Virus record (IMG/VR): IMGVR_UViG_3300009149_000011
Span: 1 to 64,000 of that record
Length of the DNA stretch: 64,000 nucleotides
Reading direction: 5' to 3' (one strand)
From: a virus
Shown here: positions 18,523-27,104 of the stretch, in pieces
Layout of the letters: every line of letters begins with the position of its first letter
Numbering within the stretch: position 1 is the stretch's first letter
The notes under the pieces: model-generated
Database searches by the model: none
Told to the model about the DNA's origin: nothing
Seen by the model: the letters and a program-made list of their open reading frames with translations, nothing else
Translations under genes and position numbers: made by a program

Positions 18523-20550
18523 TTACTTTTTATAATTACCCTGATTCGCTTCTAACCATTTCATAAAGTCATGAGCATATAAATCTTTTATCCCTTCGTT
18601 ATCATCAGTTCCATAATCTGGATCATTAGCCTTCATAGAAGCGTGTTCATCATGGAGCCATTTTCCAATAGATCTTTTTGAATCACCCCCACTAAAAGTG
18701 TTGAAACCCCTTTCATCTATACGCCATCCGTTAATCTTTTTCCAATCCTTATCATATACATCAAAGTGTTGATTGTTGCCAAAATACTCTTGACCTTTTT
18801 TATTGTCTGGATGAGTAGTCCCTAAAGGTTTAGCTTTACTAGTGTCTATAAACAGGCCTAAATCTTCTAAATATAAGCACATTGCATTTTCTCCTACACC
18901 GAATCCTTGTCTGCAAAACTCATTTTCAGAATCGATAGTATCTTGAGTATACAGGTAAATGTCTTGCTTATCGCTCATTTCGAACTTCATGGTAATAACC
19001 GACTTGTCAGTATTTTCCACATAAAAGAATACGGACTTCACCTCTTCTATAGCCAATGTATCATCTACTGCTTTCTTTAAAACTGTGTAGAACTTGGTAT
19101 GCTTCAGGCATTCAATATCATTAAAATAACCTTTACCTAAAGATTTTAGATCCCCTTTATCTAGAAAAATGGTTCCGTATAAATTATTATCTGCATAATC
19201 ATTTTCTTTAGTGTCATTTAAATAGAAATTAGATACAGCGCCCTCTTTTTCCATTTCATAATGATTCAAACTTTTAGATTGAGGAAACCATTTTCTATCA
19301 GGGTATTTTTGCAAACTACCTTTCTGAATAGGTTCAAAGTTTTTCAAAAACTTATCTCTAACCGCATACTTATCTATTTCTTTTGGAACTTGATTTCTGT
19401 ACTCTTCAAATCCATTGTTAAGTAAAAACTTTTTAGCAAATTCAACATTATTCTCTTCCTCCTTATCTTTATGATCTAAAATTTCCTTGCATACATTAAT
19501 ACATTCATCAACAGCACTAGGTTCAAGAGTTTCACTTTTCTCTTTGTTATTATGAATATGAATAAGAGAGTATTTGCTAATAGGATAATAACTTCTATAT
19601 GGCATCTCTTTTTTCTTGATGTCAACAGTAACTTCAACACCTGCTTCTTTCTGATATTTCGCAAGCATACCTTCGAACATTTCACGTTTTTCATCAGAAA
19701 GCTTACCAACCCCTTTAGCTAATACGGTTTTAATGGTCTCAATCATTTCCTCTGGATCAACATCAGAAATCCTATTAGATTTCTTTTTATTCTCTTTCCA
19801 TTCTCTATGAGCGGCTTCTGCAGCTACAAAAGTTTTTTCAACTTCTGGATAAGAAAGAATCTTATCTACCATGCTCTGAATGTCTTTCTTGCCAAATTTA
19901 GCATTTTCCCATTCTCCATACAAATCAACATCTTGATCCGCCCCACTAGCTTCAGATATAATGAAACCATCTTTATTAACTCCATAGCCGTTACCTATGC
20001 AAAGTAATAGATGATTGGCTACATCTCTTCTATTTTTGTATATGGTATCGCTATACTTGCCTTCAGGGTCAGTTAACACATCAACCCATTCATCAAAGTT
20101 TTTATTTACCTTTTTAAGCCTATTTTCATAGTCAGAATATTCTCTACCTTCCCTAATTAAAGAAGAAAATACCTCATAAGACCCTTCTTCAAAATCATTG
20201 CTAACATGCATACCCCATGCATCATAAATAAGATTTTCAATATCCTCATCCGCTGGATCACACATCTCAATTTTATACTTGGGATTATCTTCACAGTCAT
20301 TATTCTTTTGAATCCTGCCTTCATACCCCCAGCAAACTCTTCCATTATACCAAAGAGTGTTATATATATAACCAAGCTTTGCCAATTGAGGCAAATTCTC
20401 AGGTTTAGTCAAATATTCTTGGTGCTTTTTAATAGCTTTTAAAATTGGATCAATTACCAATTTCTCATATTTAAACTTCACCGTTTTCTTAGTTTTAACA
20501 CTCATAGTTTTACGCTTTTTTAGTTTTCCAAATTTTGTAACCCATTGCAC
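18523..20550 (-). CDS. large hypothetical protein (start probably ATG 20505)
   Basis: 675-aa ORF, no motif recognised. Confidence 0.75.
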   Translation of the reverse strand: MQWVTKFGKLKKRKTMSVKTKKTVKFKYEKLVIDPILKAIKKHQEYLTKPENLPQLAKLGYIYNTLWYNGRVCWGYEGRIQKNNDCEDNPKYKIEMCDPADEDIENLIYDAWGMHVSNDFEEGSYEVFSSLIREGREYSDYENRLKKVNKNFDEWVDVLTDPEGKYSDTIYKNRRDVANHLLLCIGNGYGVNKDGFIISEASGADQDVDLYGEWENAKFGKKDIQSMVDKILSYPEVEKTFVAAEAAHREWKENKKKSNRISDVDPEEMIETIKTVLAKGVGKLSDEKREMFEGMLAKYQKEAGVEVTVDIKKKEMPYRSYYPISKYSLIHIHNNKEKSETLEPSAVDECINVCKEILDHKDKEEENNVEFAKKFLLNNGFEEYRNQVPKEIDKYAVRDKFLKNFEPIQKGSLQKYPDRKWFPQSKSLNHYEMEKEGAVSNFYLNDTKENDYADNNLYGTIFLDKGDLKSLGKGYFNDIECLKHTKFYTVLKKAVDDTLAIEEVKSVFFYVENTDKSVITMKFEMSDKQDIYLYTQDTIDSENEFCRQGFGVGENAMCLYLEDLGLFIDTSKAKPLGTTHPDNKKGQEYFGNNQHFDVYDKDWKKINGWRIDERGFNTFSGGDSKRSIGKWLHDEHASMKANDPDYGTDDNEGIKDLYAHDFMKWLEANQGNYKK

Positions 20551-20764
20551 CTAAGCCAGAGCAAACTAAAGCCATCAAGAAATTTGCTATAAATATAGCT
20601 CTTCCTTTAACTTCCATCATGTAATAAGCTGAATCAGTGTCTAGTTGATCCGCAGCTATTACAGAGTAGGAAACATCAATCTGATATCTTGATATGTTGT
20701 AAGCTCCAAATACTAGCACTGTTAGTATTATGAGAAATATGGTTTTTATAATTTTACCTTTCAT
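20510..20764 (-). CDS. two-TM membrane protein next to SPFH gene
   Basis: Two hydrophobic helices. Confidence 0.65.
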   Translation of the reverse strand: MKGKIIKTIFLIILTVLVFGAYNISRYQIDVSYSVIAADQLDTDSAYYMMEVKGRAIFIANFLMALVCSGLGAMGYKIWKTKKA

Positions 20765-20821
20765 CGAATGTAAATTTAAGTGAAAATTAGCGGGGATCTA
20801 TTCCCCGCTAATTTATTATTC

Positions 20822-21763
20822 TTACTTGTTAACTTTAAAATTGGGAAGTATAGACCCTTCAGGTAATACTGTATAGTTTTGAGGTAGTTTAACTTTACCT
20901 TTCCCTATCCCTCTAAATAGATCGGCTTGAGCGCTCATTAAATCAATAGTTGCATCTAACATTTTTTATTGCTCAATTGCGGCTTTTGCTTTAGCAAATT
21001 TATTTGCGGCATCAACTTCATTCTGAGCAGATAACACTTTCTTCTCCGAAGCAAATTGATCATTAATAGAATTTTGTATTTTAGCATCTTTATATGTAAA
21101 TCCACCAGCGGCTCCAAGCTGCATAATCTCTACACCAAATTTAGCAAAATGTTCTTTGGTCATTTTTATCATGACATTAAACACTTCCTTTCTTTCAGCT
21201 TGACACGTGGTCAAGTCTCTGATGCCAAATTCTGAAGATAAAACACTTTGTATGTAAGCTCTCACGTCTTCATCCATAACCTTAGCTAATGATTTACCGC
21301 TATACGAATATAAGAACTTAGCCGCCCACCTTTCTGGAATAGTTGCGGTAGCCGTAATCCCTTGACCAAAAGCGATAGACTCTTTAGATTCCACTTCTAT
21401 ATCTTCTTTCTTATTTCCTTTGGTGCCAGATCCATCATTAATAGTCCACTCCCTAGTTACTGGAGCTCTAACAACTGTTATAACTTTAACGGTTTCAATG
21501 TATTTATAATCATACCACATACGACCAGTGCTAATTGATTTAGTTGGTATATAAATACGCTTGGTGGCAACTTTCATACTGTCTAAGTAGTTTTCAGAAG
21601 CAAACTGCTTTTGTCCAGTTTTATTTTTAGCCTCCATTGGCACTACAAAAGCCGTTTCATTTGCGCCTATCTCTTTATAGACCTGCTCTTGAAAAGGGCC
21701 CATACAAGAACTAAACATTGATCCAATAATAACCATGGACATTAATAACACAATTTTCTTCAT
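20822..21763 (-). CDS. SPFH/band-7 family lipoprotein with in-frame TAA at 20966-20968
   Basis: Lipobox FSSC; IEVESKESIAF, FGVEI..LG, IQNSINDQF; frame continues KMLDATID...FKVNK* to 20822. Confidence 0.72.
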
Positions 21764-21855
21764 AATAATTTTTGTTTAAGTAAATAATACATACTCCCTA
21801 AACGAAAAAAGCTCCAGGTTTGTTGCCTGGAGCTCTAGTTAATTTATAAATAATT

Positions 21856-22884
21856 TTAATTTAATTTGGATACTTTATATAGACTGATTACTGGAGAGTC
21901 TGATCTAATTTCTTCAATATACACATCTCCATCTTCTATATATACTTCTTTTAGTATATTTTTTAAATTACTTGGAAATAATTCAGATGTAAATTTAGCT
22001 GTTTTACAAAGAGTAACATTATACCCAATAAGACTTAAATCTTGAAGCGTGTTTATGTATGGCAGCTTAACACTTTCAACTAAATCAATTACACTTAATC
22101 CTATATAATGTTTAGCATAATATTTATTCCATTCACTCAGGGAAACATATGTAGTGTTTGGGTTTTTAAATAAATGATTCCATGAAATTTTATCTTGAAT
22201 ATATTCAAAATCATCTTCAGACCAATTAGAAAGATCAGATTTCATACACACTATTTTCCAATTGATTTGTATTCCCTCATCTTCTAGTTTTTTAAACTCT
22301 TCAAGACCTAAACTAGCTACCTCTGACATAAAAAAAGCATCCCAATTTACTTCATGTTTAAAATCTATTAGAAACTGAAAATCTTTTGAAGTGAAGTTCT
22401 GATACCTACTTATCTCCATCCATTTAAGATCCGTGAACTTATCAGCATGTCTCTCTAATTTTTCGATACCTGTTTGCACAAACCCTCTTCCAGCTTGGAA
22501 CTCATACTCTTTTTCATTACTAACATGTTGTAACCTGCCATCATTATCACTAACCAATTCAGTTCTATCAAAGTTGTTAGAATTTATAAAAGCTGTTCTA
22601 AGTTTTGGATGTACTTCATGTTCTAAAAACTCTTTTGTAAATGTTTGTCTGTTTTCTGGCAATTCTGGATCCGTCTCTGGGAATAAATCACTATATAAAG
22701 CATTCATTTCCTCTAGCTCAATTTGTACTTGAACATCAGGCTCAGTATCTTCAATATCCATAACTGGATCAATATGAAGCCTTCCACCTATTATTCTCCA
22801 CTCACCTTCTACATTTAATAATGAATTAGGCAACCCTGACGCTTCTATATCATCAAAAGTTATTGTTTTTATACTTTCTTTCAT
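21856..22884 (-). CDS. tryptophan-repeat protein
   Basis: Repeats LKWMEIS, VNWDAF, INWKIV, ISWNHL. Confidence 0.65.
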   Translation of the reverse strand: MKESIKTITFDDIEASGLPNSLLNVEGEWRIIGGRLHIDPVMDIEDTEPDVQVQIELEEMNALYSDLFPETDPELPENRQTFTKEFLEHEVHPKLRTAFINSNNFDRTELVSDNDGRLQHVSNEKEYEFQAGRGFVQTGIEKLERHADKFTDLKWMEISRYQNFTSKDFQFLIDFKHEVNWDAFFMSEVASLGLEEFKKLEDEGIQINWKIVCMKSDLSNWSEDDFEYIQDKISWNHLFKNPNTTYVSLSEWNKYYAKHYIGLSVIDLVESVKLPYINTLQDLSLIGYNVTLCKTAKFTSELFPSNLKNILKEVYIEDGDVYIEEIRSDSPVISLYKVSKLN

Positions 22885-22923
22885 TAATCATACAATAATG
22901 AAAAAAAATGAAAAAGTAAAATG

Positions 22924-22999
22924 TAGTTCCAACTGGATTCGAACCAGCGACCTCTTGCATGTCAAGCAAGCGCTCTAGACCAGACTGAGCTATGGAACT
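22924..22999 (-). tRNA. tRNA-Val(GAC)
   Basis: Cloverleaf; CTTGC TT GAC AT GCAAG. Confidence 0.9.
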
Positions 23000-23006
23000 A
23001 TTTTAG

Positions 23007-23081
23007 TGGGCCCCTTCGGGATTGAACCGAAAACCTCTTGATTATGAGTCAAGTGCTCTAAACCAATTGAGCTAGAGGCCC
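23007..23081 (-). tRNA. tRNA-Ile2/Met(CAT), probably lysidine Ile2
   Basis: GGGCCTC acceptor; CTTGA CT CAT AA TCAAG. Confidence 0.85.
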
Positions 23082-23091
23082 TAAAATGGGA

Positions 23092-23826
23092 TTAATCCCA
23101 ACACCAAGAGTTTCTTTCGTAATCGTGAAAGTTTGCTAAAGAATCGTCATAATCATACTGTTTCATATTATTCATGACTTTTTTATTAGACGCTCTCCTG
23201 GACCTTGTGTATATGCACAGGGTTCTTTTTGGATAAGTTCTCCATTCATATTTTCGAGACTTATCCCAGTAACAAGAATCAATATGATTATCTATATAAT
23301 CATCTTCACTAATTAGATCTGGTTGAATCTCCTTATAATGGGTAGCATAGCATCTTTCGAAGTATCTATCCCAATACCATATAGGAACATTGCAATCGCA
23401 CCATCCACGTCCCCAGTAATCTAAGAATTCAGGAGGAGAGAACCATCGTTGAACTTCAGGTCTCAAGTGCTTATATGTTTCTATATCAATACCATAAGAA
23501 GAACCATAATATCCGCACCAAGGAGTATACTCTTGCCAATTGCGTAACCCTGTAACCGTACAAACGCTTCCATTAGACCTATATCCAAGTGATTTATTTT
23601 TAGACCAACATTTTCTTTCTATTAGTGAAACTACTTCCTCTATAGTGTCGGCATCGGCCCTATTAGCAATATCGCTTCTTAAACTAAGTCTAATGTACCA
23701 ACCGTGAGGTTCAGGCTCATCTAACTCAGCCCAGCAATTGTTCCTCTGGATATCGTTGATCTCATCTTGCCTTTTCTTCAAAGATCTTATCTTTGAATCA
23801 AGTTCATTGTATTTGTTTTTTCTCAT
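23092..23826 (-). CDS. aromatic/basic hypothetical protein inside tRNA operon
   Basis: 244 aa, preceded by a leader ORF and a start-sequestering hairpin. Confidence 0.7.
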   Translation of the reverse strand: MRKNKYNELDSKIRSLKKRQDEINDIQRNNCWAELDEPEPHGWYIRLSLRSDIANRADADTIEEVVSLIERKCWSKNKSLGYRSNGSVCTVTGLRNWQEYTPWCGYYGSSYGIDIETYKHLRPEVQRWFSPPEFLDYWGRGWCDCNVPIWYWDRYFERCYATHYKEIQPDLISEDDYIDNHIDSCYWDKSRKYEWRTYPKRTLCIYTRSRRASNKKVMNNMKQYDYDDSLANFHDYERNSWCWD

Positions 23827-23850
23827 TTTTCGATTTATTAAGTGAATTAC

Positions 23851-23883
23851 TTAATAGAATCGAAGCTTTAATAGGTTTTTCAT
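23851..23883 (-). promoter_or_regulatory. leader peptide MKNLLKLRFY with translational-attenuation hairpin
   Basis: TTCGATTCTATTAAGT...ACTTAATAAATCGAA hairpin ends 2 nt before ATG 23826. Confidence 0.55.
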
Positions 23884-24063
23884 AGGATTAAATTTAAAGT
23901 TGTACTATTTTTTATACATTAAATCTTTCTGTGGTCTAGCAATCAAAGTGCCTTTCACAATTTTAAATGTAGCTTTTTTACCAAAAGGCCTGCTGCTCTT
24001 TTTTCTTTTTGTTCTTACTCTCTTTCTCATATACATATATAGTTTATAAGATTTAATTTTTAG

Positions 24064-24137
24064 TGCTCCCGACAGGACTCGAACCTGTGACCTCTTGCAT
24101 GTAAGGCAAGCGCTCTTCGCAACTGAGCTACAGGAGC
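24064..24137 (-). tRNA. tRNA-Val(TAC)
   Basis: CTTGC CT TAC AT GCAAG. Confidence 0.9.
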
Positions 24138-24228
24138 TGGTATGAAGGTATCAATCGCTTTCCTTCATCTTTAAAACCTTACAAACTATTACGATTGTAT
24201 TATCGATAAGGTTACTGTATTCTAATTC

Positions 24229-24330
24229 TGGCACCAAATCGATGGAGTTGAACCACCTAGAATTGTAAAGAGAAATGCACTCGTTTACGCTAGAGAACCG
24301 CTCCCAGTATTGACCCAAAACTAGTTTGAT
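24229..24330 (-). ncRNA. atypical tRNA-like RNA with encoded GCCA end
   Basis: T-arm GGTGG-TTCAACT-CCATC, imperfect 8-bp acceptor, long extra arm, no standard anticodon loop. Confidence 0.45.
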
Positions 24331-24338
24331 TACTAGCA

Positions 24339-24408
24339 CAAATTAACCTGCTTTCGAAACAGGGACCTTCATAGTTCACAGACGCTCTTCCACCTGAGCT
24401 ATTAACCC
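24339..24408 (-). tRNA. degenerate tRNA (anticodon arm disrupted)
   Basis: GCTC/GAGC D-arm and CCTGT-TTCGAAA-GCAGG T-arm intact. Confidence 0.5.
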
Positions 24409-24423
24409 GCCTAAGTAATCTCG

Positions 24424-24496
24424 TTGTTCCACCAGGGCTCGAACCTAGACTCTTATCGACCAAAACGATACGTGTTGCCAATTACACCATAGAACA
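24424..24496 (-). tRNA. tRNA-Gln(TTG)
   Basis: TATCG TT TTG GT CGATA. Confidence 0.88.
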
Positions 24497-24570
24497 ATTT
24501 ATACAAATGTACAAAAGTTTAATCACAAACTCAAGTACGATACACAATATGTCAAATAACTATTTACTTG

Positions 24571-24645
24571 TTACCCTGGAGGGACTCAAACCCCCGACCC
24601 GATCCTTCGTAGGGAACCGCTCTAATTCAACTGAGCTACAGAGTA
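24571..24645 (-). tRNA. tRNA-Arg(ACG)
   Basis: CT ACG AA loop; variant T-loop TTTGAGT. Confidence 0.8.
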
Positions 24646-24647
24646 AT

Positions 24648-24872
24648 TTATATTATACAATATGATTTAGCCCACTTTCTAACAGAATTATCACTAACTC
24701 CATACTTTTTACCAACTGCAACATAAGATGTATCTTTTAACATATTTTCCAGCTCTTCCTTTGAAGGTCTCTCCACTTTTCTTATGTCAAGTCTTTCCAC
24801 TCTCAAACTTCTCCCATCAATCTTTTCTATTAAACCAATACTACCTTTGCAATGAAATATGTCAAAGAACAT
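24648..24872 (-). pseudogene. C-terminal HTH remnant of an HNH homing endonuclease
   Basis: RPSKEEL...VGKKYGVSDNSVRKW with no nuclease domain. Confidence 0.5.
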
Positions 24873-24879
24873 TATTTTG

Positions 24880-24953
24880 TAGAGAAGATGGGATTCGAAC
24901 CCACGACCAGCTGCATATAAGGCAGTTGCTCTACCTGACCGAGCTACTTCTCC
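24880..24953 (-). tRNA. tRNA-Ile(TAT)
   Basis: ACTGC CT TAT AT GCAGC. Confidence 0.8.
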
Positions 24954-24959
24954 ATGTTG

Positions 24960-25033
24960 TTGTTCCGATCAGACTCGAACTGATAACCTCCTGGATCAAA
25001 ACCAGACGCACTACGCAATTGTGCTACGGAACA
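24960..25033 (-). tRNA. tRNA-Gln(TTG), second copy
   Basis: TCTGG TT TTG AT CCAGG. Confidence 0.8.
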
Positions 25034-25039
25034 ATGTTG

Positions 25040-25113
25040 TTGGAATGGAGGGTCACGATCCCTCGACCTCTGACGTATCAGATCAGCGCTCTAACCAACT
25101 GAGCTACATTCCA
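25040..25113 (-). tRNA. tRNA-Ile(GAT)
   Basis: CTGAT CT GAT AC GTCAG; odd T-loop ATCGTGA. Confidence 0.8.
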
Positions 25114-25121
25114 ATTTAAAC

Positions 25122-25370
25122 CTAGTCCAATTGGACTAGGGTATTTTCTTTCAAGGCTTGTCTGATCCATTTCATGAAACCAGAGGCTTTGTCTTTAGCG
25201 TTGATGGTGCCGTTTCCAATATCTTCTCTCGGTACAAAGAATTGATATGTGTTACCATCTTTTGCTTTTACATTGTAGTAAAAGAACCCCGCTCTATAGT
25301 GATCAAATTTCACCATAGTGCCTACTACTAAATTTTTTACTTGCTCATTGAACTCTTTTAAGTTTTCCAC
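25122..25370 (-). CDS. hypothetical protein
   Basis: F..YR.G..YY...Y.F.VP..DIG.G...MKWIR conserved phage pattern. Confidence 0.7.
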   Translation of the reverse strand: MENLKEFNEQVKNLVVGTMVKFDHYRAGFFYYNVKAKDGNTYQFFVPREDIGNGTINAKDKASGFMKWIRQALKENTLVQLD

Positions 25371-25387
25371 TTTATTAATTGTTTACG

Positions 25388-25461
25388 AGCGAAAGACGGG
25401 CTTCGAACCCGCGACCTCAACGTTGGCAACGTTGCGCTCTACCAAACTGAGCTACTATCGC
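25388..25461 (-). tRNA. tRNA-Gly(GCC)
   Basis: CAACG TT GCC AA CGTTG; U73. Confidence 0.88.
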
Positions 25462-25472
25462 GTTAATTACCT

Positions 25473-25700
25473 TTACTCTTTTAAACTCATTTGCCACTGA
25501 GTTTTTCTGTGTCGCTTCCATGATCTCTCTAGGTTATTCCATTTTGAATTCACAGTTTCCATTCCATGAGGGAAGCAATAAGGGCATCCACCCATTTTTT
25601 CGTAATTGTGAATTCTCGACATCTTAACGTTTGAGAACTTTGGCGGTAATAATGGGAATCCTTCCTCATCAATACCGAACGCTTTTTTTTCTTTTTTCAT
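25473..25700 (-). CDS. small basic CxxC-xxH protein (RSWKxxRKTQW)
   Basis: CPYCFPH...RSWKRHRKTQW. Confidence 0.7.
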   Translation of the reverse strand: MKKEKKAFGIDEEGFPLLPPKFSNVKMSRIHNYEKMGGCPYCFPHGMETVNSKWNNLERSWKRHRKTQWQMSLKE

Positions 25701-25720
25701 CTTCTAGATTAGGTTTGGTG

Positions 25721-25756
25721 TTACCTAAAGAAGAAGTGTTTTAATAGTTTTTTCAT
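25721..25756 (-). promoter_or_regulatory. leader peptide MKKLLKHFFFR with translational-attenuation hairpin
   Basis: CTTCT..TTTAGGT/ACCTAA..AGAAG hairpin abuts ATG 25700. Confidence 0.55.
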
Positions 25757-25782
25757 TTTACATTTATTTAACATTTAACTTG

Positions 25783-25853
25783 AGCTACGAGTGGCGCTTG
25801 CATCCACGACCTCCTGAATCTATCAGGCGCTCTACTATCTGAGCTATCCTAGC
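25783..25853 (-). tRNA. atypical tRNA, shortened anticodon arm centred on AGA
   Basis: CCTGA TAGAT TCAGG; T-loop TGCAAGC. Confidence 0.55.
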
Positions 25854-25855
25854 TT

Positions 25856-25985
25856 ATTATTTTGCTTTTGTCTCCATCTTTTACGACCAATATTTCTTTT
25901 ATCCTTACCATTTCCTGCATTTAAAATGCCATAATTAGGAGTCAATGAATGACAATTTGGACAAAGCAATCTCGGATTTTTGACC
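25856..25985 (-). pseudogene. HNH endonuclease C-terminal remnant
   Basis: Reads NPRLLCPNCHSLTPNYG..NAGNG. Confidence 0.6.
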
Positions 25986-26009
25986 AATATTTCAAAGAAC
26001 AATAGTTTG

Positions 26010-26083
26010 AGCGGGTGGACGGGATCAAACCGACTCTATTCCAACTTGGAAGGCTGGCGCACCATCACTTATGCGTCACCCGC
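26010..26083 (-). tRNA. tRNA-Gly(TCC)
   Basis: CCAGC CT TCC AA GTTGG; variant T-loop. Confidence 0.8.
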
Positions 26084-26089
26084 TTATAT

Positions 26090-26257
26090 TTACATAGTCG
26101 AAAGCTTCTCTCTCAACTCTTTAATCTGCCTTTGGTGCGAAGCTACATTTATCTCCGCAATGTAAGAGGTTTTTTTAGTTAGTGAAGCAATCATTTCCTT
26201 CTCCAACATCTCGATTCTCTCTTCGAGCTTCTTTTTCTTTTTTTCTATTTTCCCCAT
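26090..26257 (-). CDS. 55-aa coiled-coil protein (not in ORF track)
   Basis: MGKIEKKKKKLEERIE...KLSTM*, first ORF after attenuator 1. Confidence 0.55.
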   Translation of the reverse strand: MGKIEKKKKKLEERIEMLEKEMIASLTKKTSYIAEINVASHQRQIKELREKLSTM

Positions 26258-26261
26258 AACG

Positions 26262-26412
26262 CAAAAAACCCGAATCCTGTTAGGGATTCGGGTCTGTTTG
26301 TTTAATGTTTTTATACAATCAACTAGAAGACATACGAATCCCGTAAGGTGAAAATCACCTGCCCTTGGCCTTGACCAATTATGCGAGATATTATGTTTGT
26401 CATTCTTTTCAT
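26262..26412 (-). promoter_or_regulatory. transcription attenuator 1: leader MKRMTNIISRIIGQGQGQVIFTLRDSYVF* (26323-26412), antiterminator and terminator
   Basis: Terminator ACCCGAATCC/GGATTCGGGT plus U-tract (26262-26294); GGGATTCG in the leader complements its 5' arm. Confidence 0.8.
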
Positions 26413-26496
26413 TGTCTTTATAAATATGTAAGTTTTTCTATTATTCAAATACTAACGATACAAACATACAAATTGTTTCGTTACTTGTCAAGTATT

Positions 26497-27063
26497 TTAT
26501 GATAAATCTTTAATATAATTTTCAAAAGTGCTCCTGTGAGTGAATTTAAGCCCTTCTTTTATTAAAGGAATTACCTTTTTATGTTTATCTGAAATAATTG
26601 GCCTCTCTATAAATTTTCTATTTGGATTCTCAACTCTATAGCATAACATATCGCTTAAATAAGCGCAAGCCTCTGCGACCAAATCTATTTTATCATCTGG
26701 AAACACATCTTCTAAAGCTTTTTCCATTTTCTTCTGTTTCTCAAGTATGAAATAAAATATGTATTCTATTTGCTTAGATGACATATACTTTCCATTCCTC
26801 TTGCTAACTCTTGTAACCACGGGAAGCATAACCATAGCTGTTTCTTTGTCTAAATTGGTCCCTCCGCCAATCGGTAGAGGTTTATGTGCAAATTCTGGAT
26901 CATCAGAAAATTTAGACATTAAAAAAGCCATTTTTTCCAAATTGGAGGTGGTTATACGTCTAGATTTTATATCATCTATAACATACAAAAGTCCAGACCT
27001 TTCCCAGGATAACGTAGGGTCCAGATCTGGAATTATATAAAACCTCTTTCTAGTTTTATCCAT
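26497..27063 (-). CDS. hypothetical protein
   Basis: 188-aa ORF. Confidence 0.65.
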   Translation of the reverse strand: MDKTRKRFYIIPDLDPTLSWERSGLLYVIDDIKSRRITTSNLEKMAFLMSKFSDDPEFAHKPLPIGGGTNLDKETAMVMLPVVTRVSKRNGKYMSSKQIEYIFYFILEKQKKMEKALEDVFPDDKIDLVAEACAYLSDMLCYRVENPNRKFIERPIISDKHKKVIPLIKEGLKFTHRSTFENYIKDLS

Positions 27064-27104
27064 TATAGTTTTTCAATTTTCTGATCTATACCTTGCACTT
27101 TATA

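Noticed and set aside
24229-24330. tRNA-Sec
   Set aside because: The long acceptor and GCCA end are suggestive, but there is no TCA anticodon loop.
24151-24481. ORFs 24151-24339 and 24290-24481 (likewise 38881-39075)
   Set aside because: They overlap tRNA or tRNA-like genes and have no protein features.
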